DNA of 63,892 bases, the filler included, from an uncultured Acidimicrobiia bacterium (lineage in GTDB: Bacteria; Actinomycetota; Acidimicrobiia; Spongiisociales; JAOTWH01): assembly GCA_964347285.1 (NCBI GenBank). It is 4 parts of 4 records of this genome, joined end to end, with 100 filler letters (N's around TTAATTAATTAA, not from the genome) between each part and the next. Parts side by side here need not be neighbours in the genome. Positions count along the whole stretch, not along the records: positions 19,726 to 38,204 come from CAYFYE010000049.1; 3 more parts are not named here. One strand, 5' to 3'. Of the stretch, positions 19,726 through 28,670 are shown one piece after another. The notes below the pieces were generated by a model that saw only the letters and a list, made by a program, of their open reading frames with translations, did no database searches and had not been told where the DNA came from. Both the position numbers and the translations under genes were made by a program. How positions within the stretch are numbered: the first letter of the stretch is position 1; every line of letters starts with the position of its first letter.

Positions 19726-20175
19726 CTCGTGGACAGCCTGATCTGCGAGGGAAGCATCATCGGCAACGCGTCGCTTCGAGGCGTCCTCGTCGGCTACGAC
19801 TGCTTCATCCATTCAGGAAGCACCCTCGAGGAAACCGTGCTCCTGGCCGGCTGCAACATCGGCGCCGAAGCGCGAGTGCACAAGGTGCTCGCCGACAAGA
19901 ACTGCCGAATCGAAGAAGGGTCCCAGATCGGCGTCGATCCCGCCTCCGACCGGAGCCGGTTTCCATTCGTCAGCGAAGGAGGCATCGTCGTACTCCCCAA
20001 GGCGACGCGGGTTCCCGCTGAGGGTCCGATCACCTTCACGGCCGACATGGAGTTCATGCTCCGCAACGACCCGGCCACCCAGTCTCTGATGAAGGAGTTC
20101 GAGGGGCGCTACGAGGTCGACCCGGTCCGGCACAGCTTCGAGTCGGCCGGGCCTCAGCTGCGCGGCCGCGGGTGA
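19726..20175 (+). CDS. glgC: Glucose-1-phosphate adenylyltransferase, C-terminal beta-helix (5' cut by gap)
   Basis: DSLICEGSII, LADKNCRI, QIGVD, SEGGIVVLPK; precedes glgA. Confidence 0.8.
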   Translation, partial: LVDSLICEGSIIGNASLRGVLVGYDCFIHSGSTLEETVLLAGCNIGAEARVHKVLADKNCRIEEGSQIGVDPASDRSRFPFVSEGGIVVLPKATRVPAEGPITFTADMEFMLRNDPATQSLMKEFEGRYEVDPVRHSFESAGPQLRGRG

Positions 20176-21593
20176 GGATTCTCCACGCCGCGGCCGAACT
20201 GGCGCCCTGGTGCACCAGCGGAGGCCTGGGCGCCGTGGTGGGCGTCCTTCCCCACGCCCTGGCCCACGTCGGAGGAGCGGACGTCGGGATCCAGGTGGTG
20301 GCCCCGATGTGTCGAGAAGCCCGGCGGGCCGCCGACCAAGGGGAACTCCTCCTCGACGCGACCCGGCCGGGGGAGGACCCGCCGGGTGCGCGGCTGTTGT
20401 CGACCGGAGTCAGAGAAGGCGTCGAGCTCACCTTCGTGGACGCCCCCGACTACTTCGACCGTCCCTCCCTCTACGCCGAGGACGGCACCCCCTACGGTGA
20501 CGATGCCGAGCGCTTCGCCTTCTTCAGCCGGGCCGTCGCCGACCTCGCATCCCGGACCGACGGCCCCCCGGTCGACGTGGTCCACGTGCACGACTGGCAC
20601 GCCGCCTTGGTGCCCACCTATCTCCACCGGGCCGGGGCAAGCACGCCCACCGTACTGACGATCCACAACCTCGCCTACCAGGGCGACTTCCCGCTGAAGG
20701 AGGTCCCCGCCGGGCTCGAGCACCTGGTTCGGGGAGAACGCTTCAACTTCCTCGGTGCCGGAATCCTGGAAGCCGATGCGGTGACGACGGTGAGCCCCAG
20801 CTACGCCGCCGAGATCACCACTCCGGCATTCGGTGCCGGCGTCGACGAGTTGCTCCGTGCCCGACCGAGCCCACCTCTCGGCATCCTCAACGGGATCGAT
20901 GTGATCGAGTGGGATCCCGGTACCGACGCCGAACTCCCGATGCCCTACCGGGCCGCCGACCTCTCCGGCAAAGCCGCGGCTCGGACCGCCCTCATCGCCG
21001 AACTGGGCCTGAGCAGCCCCGATGACGATCCCATCGTCGCCGTCGTCTCGCGCTTCGCCGCCCAAAAAGGCATCGACCTGGTCACCGCCCTGGAGCCGGA
21101 GGACATCGGGATCCGGATCATCGCCCTCGGTGAAGGCGACCCGCCCCTCGAGGAAGCGATGCGGCAGATGGCGGCCCGGTACCCCGAGCGGGTCGCAGTA
21201 CGGCTCGGCTGGGACAAGAGGCTGGCCCATTTGCTGATAGCCGGAGCCGATCTCGTGGCGCTGCCCAGCCGGTTCGAGCCGTGCGGGTTGGTGCAGATGC
21301 AGGCCATGCGCTACGGAACGATCCCGGTGGCCCACGCCGTCGGAGGCCTCAGGGACTCCGTGCTCGACCCCGGAGACGAAGCACTCATGGAGGGTAGAGG
21401 AACCGGATTCTTGTTCGTCGAGCCCACCACCGAAGCGTTGGCGGCCGCTTTACGCCGGGCAGTCCGCTTGTTCCGCTCCCAACCCGAGGGGTGGCGGCGG
21501 CTCCAGGAGACGGCCATGGCCCGCGACTGGTCCTGGGAAACATCGGCGGGCCGCTACCTCGACCTGTACCGGTCGCTCGGCGCCCGGACCTGA
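20172..21593 (+). CDS. glgA: Glycogen synthase (GT5)
   Basis: HVHDWHAAL, TIHNLAYQG, TVSPSYAAEI, GILNGID, PSRFEPCGLVQM. Confidence 0.92.
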   Translation: MRILHAAAELAPWCTSGGLGAVVGVLPHALAHVGGADVGIQVVAPMCREARRAADQGELLLDATRPGEDPPGARLLSTGVREGVELTFVDAPDYFDRPSLYAEDGTPYGDDAERFAFFSRAVADLASRTDGPPVDVVHVHDWHAALVPTYLHRAGASTPTVLTIHNLAYQGDFPLKEVPAGLEHLVRGERFNFLGAGILEADAVTTVSPSYAAEITTPAFGAGVDELLRARPSPPLGILNGIDVIEWDPGTDAELPMPYRAADLSGKAAARTALIAELGLSSPDDDPIVAVVSRFAAQKGIDLVTALEPEDIGIRIIALGEGDPPLEEAMRQMAARYPERVAVRLGWDKRLAHLLIAGADLVALPSRFEPCGLVQMQAMRYGTIPVAHAVGGLRDSVLDPGDEALMEGRGTGFLFVEPTTEALAAALRRAVRLFRSQPEGWRRLQETAMARDWSWETSAGRYLDLYRSLGART

Positions 21594-21596
21594 CGC

Positions 21597-22901
21597 TCAG
21601 CCGATCGAGGAGAGGACGTCGGCCAGCGTGGGGCTACCCACCTCGGCCAGTTCGTAGCGGGCCCGGATGGCAGGCACCGCCAAGTCGAGCAACCTGGTCA
21701 GGTCGACCGGGGTCGCCACGAGCACCACCTCGGGGGCGGCGGCTTCGATGGTCCCCTTGAGCTCGTCCATCTGCTCGGGCCCATACCCCATGGCCGGCAA
21801 CACCGGACCGATGTGGCGGTAGGTGCGGAAGACCTCGGCAATCGAACCGACCGCATACGGACGGGGATCGATGAGCTCGGCGGCACCATAGCGCTCGGCG
21901 ACCACTGCGCCGGCACCGTACGCCATTCCCCCGTGGGTGACCGAGGGGCCATCCTCGATCACGAGTACCCGCTTGTCGCGCACGGCCTGGGGGTCGGCCA
22001 GGGTTATGGGCGACTCGGCCTTGATCACCGTGGCGCCGGGGTTGACGTGGGCGATGTTGGCCTCGACCTCCCTCACACCTTCGGGAGGCGCGGTCCCCAC
22101 CTTGTTGATGATGATCACCCCGGCCCTTCTCAGATTGGCTTCGCCCGGCCAATAGGAGAGACCGTGACCGGCCCGGTGCGGATCGACGACGCAGATGTGG
22201 ATGTCGGGAAGGAAGAACGGGAGGTCGTTGTTCCCGCCGTCCCAGAGGATCACGTCGTTCTCCTCCTCGGCCAGTCTGAGGATCGGTTCGTAATCGACGC
22301 CGGCGTAGACCACCGATCCCGCCTCGAGGTGGGGCTCGTACTCCTCGCGTTCTTCGATCGTGGCCTCCTGTTCGGCGAGATCGGCGTACGAGGCAAACCG
22401 CTGCACCCGCTGCCGGCGAAGGTCTCCGTACGGCATCGGATGGCGCACGACTCCCACCGTGAGGCCCCGTCCGGCCAGCAGCGCCCGCACCTTGCGAGAG
22501 GTGGGGCTCTTGCCGGCACCGGTGCGGACCGCCGTCACCGCCACGACCGGGAGCCTCGATTCCAGCAGCGGCGTGGCCGGGACCTCCAGTGCCGCGCCCG
22601 AGGCTACGGCCCGGGCCGCCAGATGCATCACGTGGGTGTGGGGAACGTCGGAGTAGGCGAACACCACCCGGTTCACCCCGAGGCGGGTGATCAGCTCCTC
22701 CAGCTCCTCCTCGGAATAGATGGAGATCCCCTGCGGGTACCGGTCTCCGGCCAACTCTGGCGGGTAGACCCGGCCCTCGATGTTGGGGATCTGGGTGGCG
22801 GTGAAACCGACGACCTCGATCGAGGGATCGTCCCGATACACCACGTTGAAATGGTGGAAATCTCGGCCGGCCGCCCCCAGGATGAGGACCCGTTCTCCCA
22901 C
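21597..22901 (-). CDS. P-loop NTPase of the cDPG-synthetase-related, arginine synthetase (ArcE)-like family
   Basis: LGAAGRDFHHFN, AVRTGAGKS, RHPMPYGDL, TIEEREEYEPH, WDGGNND, EDGPSVTHGGM. Confidence 0.8.
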   Translation of the reverse strand: MGERVLILGAAGRDFHHFNVVYRDDPSIEVVGFTATQIPNIEGRVYPPELAGDRYPQGISIYSEEELEELITRLGVNRVVFAYSDVPHTHVMHLAARAVASGAALEVPATPLLESRLPVVAVTAVRTGAGKSPTSRKVRALLAGRGLTVGVVRHPMPYGDLRRQRVQRFASYADLAEQEATIEEREEYEPHLEAGSVVYAGVDYEPILRLAEEENDVILWDGGNNDLPFFLPDIHICVVDPHRAGHGLSYWPGEANLRRAGVIIINKVGTAPPEGVREVEANIAHVNPGATVIKAESPITLADPQAVRDKRVLVIEDGPSVTHGGMAYGAGAVVAERYGAAELIDPRPYAVGSIAEVFRTYRHIGPVLPAMGYGPEQMDELKGTIEAAAPEVVLVATPVDLTRLLDLAVPAIRARYELAEVGSPTLADVLSSIG

Positions 22902-24173
22902 CTATCGAGCCTCGTAGTCGGTGAGCGCCGCGTCGACGATGTCGATGCCCCGGTCCAGGTCCTCGGGGGCGATGATCAGCGGCGGGATGAAGCGGATGAC
23001 GTTGCCATCCGGCCCGCAGGGATGAAGGAGGAGCCGGTTTTCCAGCGCGTACGACTGGACGTGGTCGAAGGCGGCCGCATCTGCACGACCCTCGTCGTCG
23101 ACCAGCTCGACGCCGATCATCAGCCCCAGCCCCCGCACATCCCCGATCGTGGGGTGGCGCCGGTCGAGCTCGCCGAGGCGCCGGAAGGCGTGCTCGGAGA
23201 GGGCCGGGACGCCGGGGATGACGTCGACCAGGGCCTCGGCGGTGGCTCGGGCGGCGGCGGTGGCCAGCGGATTGCCGCCGAACGTCGTGCCGTGGGAGCC
23301 TTTCGTCCACTGCCTCATGAGCTCGGCGTTGCCCCCCACGGCCGACAACGGAAGACCGTTGGCGATGGCCTTGCCGAGCGTGATGATGTCGGGGTCGACC
23401 CCGTACACCTGCGAGGCGAACCAGTCGCCGGTTCGTCCGAAGCCGGTCTGGATCTCGTCGTGGACGAGCAGGATCCCCGCCTCGGCGGTCATCTCCCGTA
23501 ACCGCCGCAGAAACCGCTCGCCGGCCGGGTAGTACCCCCCTTCACCCTGGAGCGGCTCGACCAGGAAGCAGGCGATTTCCCCGGGGGTCACCTCGTGACG
23601 GAAGATCCGCTCCAGCTCGTCTAGGCACAGATCCGTAGCCACGTCCAGATCCATGCCCCAGTGGAACGGATGGGGAAAGGGGGCCACGAACACCGACGGG
23701 ACCAACGGGTGGTAGCCCTGCCGGTATCGGGCATTGGACGTCGTGTAGGAGACCGCGCCCATGGTGCGGCCGTGGAATCCCCCTCGAAACACCATCACGC
23801 CCTGACGGCCGGTGAGCTTGCGGGCCATCTTCACGGCGGCCTCCACCGCTTCGGCCCCCGAGTTCATGAACAGGAACATGTCAATGCCCTCGGGCGTCAC
23901 CCCCCGGAGGCGTTCGGCGGCCTCGACGAGGGGTTCGTGACGGAAAGTGCCGCCGGCGTGCCAGAGCCGCTCCACCTGCTCCCGCACCGCCGCCAGGACG
24001 TGGGGATGACGATGGCCCAAATTGGTGGTCGCAATGCCGCACACGAAATCCAGGTAAACCTCTCCCTCGACGTCGGTGACCCAAGCCCCCTCGGCCGAAA
24101 CGACGTGCAGGTCGGTGTCGAATCCGAGGACGGGGGCAACGACCTCCTGGTAGCGCTTCAGCAACTCGCTCAT
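22902..24173 (-). CDS. Class III PLP aminotransferase (GabT/ArgD/RocD-like)
   Basis: NSGAEAVE, FHGRT, EPLQGEGG, DEIQTGFGRTG, LGKAI, HGTTFGGNP. Confidence 0.93.
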   Translation of the reverse strand: MSELLKRYQEVVAPVLGFDTDLHVVSAEGAWVTDVEGEVYLDFVCGIATTNLGHRHPHVLAAVREQVERLWHAGGTFRHEPLVEAAERLRGVTPEGIDMFLFMNSGAEAVEAAVKMARKLTGRQGVMVFRGGFHGRTMGAVSYTTSNARYRQGYHPLVPSVFVAPFPHPFHWGMDLDVATDLCLDELERIFRHEVTPGEIACFLVEPLQGEGGYYPAGERFLRRLREMTAEAGILLVHDEIQTGFGRTGDWFASQVYGVDPDIITLGKAIANGLPLSAVGGNAELMRQWTKGSHGTTFGGNPLATAAARATAEALVDVIPGVPALSEHAFRRLGELDRRHPTIGDVRGLGLMIGVELVDDEGRADAAAFDHVQSYALENRLLLHPCGPDGNVIRFIPPLIIAPEDLDRGIDIVDAALTDYEAR

Positions 24174-24336
24174 GCTGACCTCCTGGGACGGGCCGGAACG
24201 GCGGCAGAGGCAGGGCAGGCCCTACGGCGCGGCGTACAGGGCGCGGCGCTCGTCCCGGGGTGTCGAGGAATGACCCATTGAGGGGATTCTGCCACACCGC
24301 GCTGGGAAGCACCCGGGCGATTAGTGTCACCCCGAC

Positions 24337-24600
24337 ATGGGACTCATTATCTGGCTCATCATCGGCCTTATCGCCGGAGCGGTAGCCAGGGGCGTTCTGC
24401 CCGGCCCCGATCCCTTCGGGTTGGGCGGCACTCTGGTGCTGGGCCTGGCCGGATCGTTCGTCGGCGGCTTCCTGGGAAACCTGATCGGCCCGGGATCGAT
24501 CTTCGAGCTGGAACGGGCCGGCCTCTTCGGATCCATCATCGGGGCAATTGTGGTGCTGCTGGGCTACCGGGCCCTGCAAAACCGGGCCAGCGCCGGCTAG
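24337..24600 (+). CDS. GlsB/YeaQ/YmgE (transglycosylase-associated) membrane protein
   Basis: IIGLIAGAVAR, LGLAGSFVGG, SIIGAIVVL. Confidence 0.9.
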   Translation: MGLIIWLIIGLIAGAVARGVLPGPDPFGLGGTLVLGLAGSFVGGFLGNLIGPGSIFELERAGLFGSIIGAIVVLLGYRALQNRASAG

Positions 24601-25433
24601 GTCGGCCGGGCGCGGGCAGCAGCCAGGCGCCTGCCCTGGCGCAGCGCCAGGGCCACGAAGAACAGCACGACGCTCATCAGCGACATCGAGGCTCCACCGG
24701 CGATGTCCAGGTGGAAGCTGAGCAGGAGCCCGGAGACCACGGCAACCACTCCGACTCCAATCGCGGTGACCAGCAGCGGCACCATGCGGCGCACCAGCAG
24801 CGCCGCCGTGGCCGGCGGGCCCACCAGGAGACCGAACACCAGCAGTGTGCCCACGGCCTGGAACGAGGCAACGATCGCCAGCGTGATCAGCCCCAGCAGC
24901 GCGAAGTGCGCCACCTTGGGCCGCAAGCCGAGCACCTCGGCTTTTTGCTCGTTGAAAGCCAGCACCAGGAACGGGCGGTAGAACGCCGATGCCGTCACCA
25001 CCACCACCAGCGCAGCGATTGCTACCAGCACCAGGTCTCCGGATGTGATGCCGAACACGTCCCCAAACAGGAAAGCGGTCAGGTCTACCGCCGAGCCGGC
25101 CCGGGAGATGATGATGACCCCGAGCGCCAGCATCCCTACGAACAGCAGCCCGATGGCGGTGTCTTCTTTGAGCCGCGTCGTCACGTGCACCAGCCCGATG
25201 CCGGCGACCATGACCACCGCCCCGGCCACCGCCCCCAGCAAGAGGTTGACGTCGAGCAGGAAGGCCACCCCGATACCGGGCAGCACGCCGTGAGCCAGAG
25301 CATCGCCCATGAAGCTCAAGCCCCGCAGCACCACCCACGTGCCGACGATCGAGGTGGTGACCACGGCCAGAAGCCCGGCCGCCAGCGCCCGCTGCATGAG
25401 CTGCAGCTCGAACGGTTCGAACAGCCACTCCAC
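24597..25433 (-). CDS. Zn/Mn ABC permease (ZnuB/AztB-like)
   Basis: FMGDALAHGVLPG, EDTAIG, FLFGD, VGPPATA. Confidence 0.92.
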   Translation of the reverse strand: MEWLFEPFELQLMQRALAAGLLAVVTTSIVGTWVVLRGLSFMGDALAHGVLPGIGVAFLLDVNLLLGAVAGAVVMVAGIGLVHVTTRLKEDTAIGLLFVGMLALGVIIISRAGSAVDLTAFLFGDVFGITSGDLVLVAIAALVVVVTASAFYRPFLVLAFNEQKAEVLGLRPKVAHFALLGLITLAIVASFQAVGTLLVFGLLVGPPATAALLVRRMVPLLVTAIGVGVVAVVSGLLLSFHLDIAGGASMSLMSVVLFFVALALRQGRRLAAARARPT

Positions 25434-25435
25434 GG

Positions 25436-26365
25436 CTACCCGGCGGCCTCCAGTGCCTCGACGATTCGCTCGACGTCGAGGCGGAGCATATCCAGGTAAG
25501 TTTGAGCCCCCGAGCCTTCGCCGCCCAGCGACCCGGTGTAGAGCGTTACCACGCCGACCGGCCTCCCCAGCTCGGCGACAATGGCCTCGGCCAGCCCGGT
25601 CGCCTCAGATGCATCGACGAAGATCGCGGAAACCCCCTCCCGCTCGAGAGTCGCGACGAGATCGGCCAGGTCGGACGGGGTGGGGCGAGCCATCGTCGAC
25701 CCCCCGGTGACGACCACTCCTACGATTTCGAAGCCGTAGCGGTCGGCCAGGTAGCCGAGGGCTTCATGGCTGGTCACCAGCTTGCGGCGATCGGCCGGAA
25801 GCCTCTCCACCAGCGCCTTCAGCTCGTCGTGGAGCGCCAGTACCTCGCGCTGGTAGGCGCCGGCTGCTTGCCTCCATTCGTCGGCCCGGTCCCGATCGAC
25901 GCCGACCAGGGCTTCTCCGATGAGGACCGCCCCCTCGGCCATCCGCACCGGGTCCAGCCATACGTGGGGATCGAGATCGTCCATGGCCCCGCCCCCGCCG
26001 CGCAAGGGAATGGGGTCGAGCAGCGGCGCCAGCTCGAGCACGTTGGCGCCCTGCTCCTCGGCGGCATCGATCACGTCCTGCAGCCCTTCTTCCAGCCCGA
26101 GTCCGTTGGTGAGCACGAGATCGGCCTGGCGAATGCGGGCCGCTTGCCGGGCCGATGCCTGAAAGGAGTGAGGATCGGCGCCGGCCGGCATCAGCGTCTC
26201 CACCGTGCCCCGGTCCCCCACCAGCCGTTCGGCCACGTCGCCGAGAATCGAAGTCGTGGCCACCACCAATGGAGCCCCTTGGCCGTCGGCGGCCCCGCCC
26301 GGCCCACATGCCGCTCCCGCCGTCGCCACCAGAGCGCCCAGCACCGCCAGGAAGCGTGTTCTCAT
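25436..26365 (-). CDS. Zn/Mn ABC substrate-binding lipoprotein (ZnuA/AztC-like)
   Basis: Lipobox AGAAC; DPHSF, DPHVWLDP, TSHEALGY. Confidence 0.92.
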   Translation of the reverse strand: MRTRFLAVLGALVATAGAACGPGGAADGQGAPLVVATTSILGDVAERLVGDRGTVETLMPAGADPHSFQASARQAARIRQADLVLTNGLGLEEGLQDVIDAAEEQGANVLELAPLLDPIPLRGGGGAMDDLDPHVWLDPVRMAEGAVLIGEALVGVDRDRADEWRQAAGAYQREVLALHDELKALVERLPADRRKLVTSHEALGYLADRYGFEIVGVVVTGGSTMARPTPSDLADLVATLEREGVSAIFVDASEATGLAEAIVAELGRPVGVVTLYTGSLGGEGSGAQTYLDMLRLDVERIVEALEAAG

Positions 26366-26376
26366 CGGCTTGACGG

Positions 26377-26396
26377 TAATGAGAATCATTCTTATC
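26377..26396. promoter_or_regulatory. Fur/Zur-type operator between divergent genes
   Basis: TAATGAGAATCATTCTTATC, near-perfect AT-rich palindrome resembling Fur/Zur boxes, in the 43-bp gap between SBP and regulator. Confidence 0.8.
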
Positions 26397-26408
26397 CTAC
26401 GCTACGAC

Positions 26409-26867
26409 ATGGACGGGCCCGGGTCAACCGCCGACATCGACCGCCGGATCGCCGGCCGGCTCGACGATCTCGAGACCCGCTACACGCCGGGACGGCGCCT
26501 CGCCATCGAGGTCCTGGCCGGAGCCCGCGGGCCGCTGTCGACCTCCGAGCTCCACGCCCGGCTGGAGGGCTCGGTTCCCCTCTCCTCTCTCTACCGGACG
26601 GTGTCCGTGCTCGACGAAGCCGGCGTGGTCACCCGGTCCCACGATGCCGACGGCATCGCCACCTACGAGCTGGCCGAGTGGCTGCTGGGCCACCATCACC
26701 ATCTGGTGTGCGTGCAATGCGGGGCCGCCGAGGACATCGACCTGACCCCCGAACTCGAAGACCGGGTGCGGGAGGTGGCCGAGGCGGCCGGGCGGGCCGC
26801 CGGCTTCGAGATCACCGGACACAGTTTGGACCTGGAAGGGCGGTGCTCCCGGTGCCGGACCCACTAG
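26409..26867 (+). CDS. zur: Fur-family regulator, probably Zur
   Basis: SSLYRT, HHHHLVCVQCG, GRCSRC; inside a Zn ABC locus. Confidence 0.82.
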   Translation: MDGPGSTADIDRRIAGRLDDLETRYTPGRRLAIEVLAGARGPLSTSELHARLEGSVPLSSLYRTVSVLDEAGVVTRSHDADGIATYELAEWLLGHHHHLVCVQCGAAEDIDLTPELEDRVREVAEAAGRAAGFEITGHSLDLEGRCSRCRTH

Positions 26868-27679
26868 CGGCCCGGGCCGTCGATGTGTCGCTGGCCTACG
26901 ACCATCGGATCGCCCTGGCCCCCTCCAGTTTTTTCATTCCGGCCGGCCGGCTGACCGCGCTCATCGGCCCCAACGGTTCGGGGAAATCCACCGTCCTGAA
27001 CTCGCTGGCCGGCCTGATCGAGCCACGCTCCGGCCACCTCGAGGTATTCGGCCGTCCCCCGCACAAGGCCAGGAGGCGAATCGCTTACGTACTCCAGGCG
27101 ACCAGCGTGAACGAGGTGATGCCGGTCACCGTACGCGACGTCGTGGGTATGGGCCGCTTCGCCGAGCTGGGTTCCTTCGGGCGATTTCGCCCCAGCGATC
27201 GGGCTGCAGTGGAGGAAGCCCTGGCGCGCCTCGAGATCGGCGATCTGGCCAATCTCCACCTGTGGGAGCTGTCCGCCGGTCAGCGCCAGCGCACGTTCGT
27301 CGCCCAGGGACTGTGCCAGGCAGCAGAACTGCTCCTGCTCGACGAGCCGGTGACCGGGCTCGACTTGGTGTCACGCGAGCTGATCGAAGCCGCCGTGTTC
27401 GAAGAGCTGGAAAAGGGCCATACGGTGGTGATCACCACCCACGACCTGGCCGAGGCCGGAGAGGCGGACCACGTCCTGCTGCTCGACGGCAGAGTGGCGG
27501 CCGAAGGACCTTCGGAGGCGGTGCTCACCCCGGATCGAATATCGGCGGCCTACGACGTCGCCGTGCTCCACCTGGAGGACGGCTCGTTTGTGCTGGACGA
27601 TCCTCATCATCGGGGGCCGCGCCGCCACGTCCACTACGAGCGGACCCGGCACCCGCACGGGCCATCGGAGAGCGAATAG
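26852..27679 (+). CDS. Zn/Mn ABC ATPase (ZnuC/AztA-like; GTG start 26852)
   Basis: GPNGSGKST, LSAGQRQR, LLLDEPVTGLD, THDL; His-rich C-tail. Confidence 0.9.
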   Translation: MPDPLAARAVDVSLAYDHRIALAPSSFFIPAGRLTALIGPNGSGKSTVLNSLAGLIEPRSGHLEVFGRPPHKARRRIAYVLQATSVNEVMPVTVRDVVGMGRFAELGSFGRFRPSDRAAVEEALARLEIGDLANLHLWELSAGQRQRTFVAQGLCQAAELLLLDEPVTGLDLVSRELIEAAVFEELEKGHTVVITTHDLAEAGEADHVLLLDGRVAAEGPSEAVLTPDRISAAYDVAVLHLEDGSFVLDDPHHRGPRRHVHYERTRHPHGPSESE

Positions 27680-27770
27680 GCCCCGGCCGGCCGGCGCCGC
27701 GGTCGTGGACAGCCATGACGTCGTGTGTTCCGGGGACGGCCGGTCGACGGGCAGACGGTCCCGCCCGCCG

Positions 27771-28628
27771 CTAGAAAACGACCACCATCAGGATCGACAG
27801 CAGTCCCACCACGCCCGCCAGGCCAGCCCTCTGCAGACCGGCGTCCTGGCGCCCGGGAATCAGCCGGGTCCAGAGCTGGTGGATGGCAACCCCGGCGATG
27901 AAGCCGCCCAGGTGCGCCCGCCAGTCGATGTTGGGGACGATCAGCGGGAAGAGGGCGTTGATGACGAGCAGCACCGCCAGCTGGTTGAACATCATTCGGC
28001 CGGCCGGGGTGTGCCGATGGCGGTAGGAGGCTGAAAACCAGGCCCCGAACAGGCCGAAGATGGCGCCCGAGGCTCCCAGGCTGACAACGGCAAAGCCGGA
28101 GGCGGTGAAGGCATCGCCGGTCAGCTGGGACATGGCACCGCCGGCCGCCGCCGATGCGAAGTACAGGGCGGTGAAGGCCAGGCTTCCCACCTGGCGCTCC
28201 AGCCGGGGCCCGAGCAGGTACAGGATGTACATGTTGATCCCCAGGTGGAACACGCTGGCATGGAGAAAGGATGCGGTCACCACCCGATACCAGTCGCCGT
28301 CGGCGACCAGCGGCTTCACCTGAGCCAGGTTGTTTACCAGCCAGCGATCGGCTTCCAGAGACGCCCTGGCCAAGAGGAAGAGCGCTACGTTGGCGACGAT
28401 GATCGCCAGCGTCACCGGAGCCGTACCGAAGTTGACCCGCCACGTCTGGCGGACTTCTACGGTCTGGGCGCGGCCGACCGGGGCGGCGCACTCCGGGCAC
28501 TTCTGACCCACGGCGGCATCGACTGTGCAATCAGGGCAGATCGGCTTACCGCATTCCGAGCATGAAACCCGGGTAGGCCGATCGGGGTGGCGGTAGCAGG
28601 CCGGCAGCGCCTGGGCTTGCTGATCCAT
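27771..28628 (-). CDS. Rhomboid protease with N-terminal B-box-like Zn finger
   Basis: CYRHP..CSECGKPICPDC; HLGINM, GASGAIFG, AHLGG. Confidence 0.95.
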   Translation of the reverse strand: MDQQAQALPACYRHPDRPTRVSCSECGKPICPDCTVDAAVGQKCPECAAPVGRAQTVEVRQTWRVNFGTAPVTLAIIVANVALFLLARASLEADRWLVNNLAQVKPLVADGDWYRVVTASFLHASVFHLGINMYILYLLGPRLERQVGSLAFTALYFASAAAGGAMSQLTGDAFTASGFAVVSLGASGAIFGLFGAWFSASYRHRHTPAGRMMFNQLAVLLVINALFPLIVPNIDWRAHLGGFIAGVAIHQLWTRLIPGRQDAGLQRAGLAGVVGLLSILMVVVF

Positions 28629-28670
28629 CGGGGGCAGGGTAGCGGGGGCCTCGAATTGCCACGGGAGGCG

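Noticed and set aside
25502..26851. Apparent 725-aa ABC ATPase with a long N-terminal domain
   Set aside because: The extension overlaps the SBP antisense and zur in another frame; the real start is probably GTG 26852
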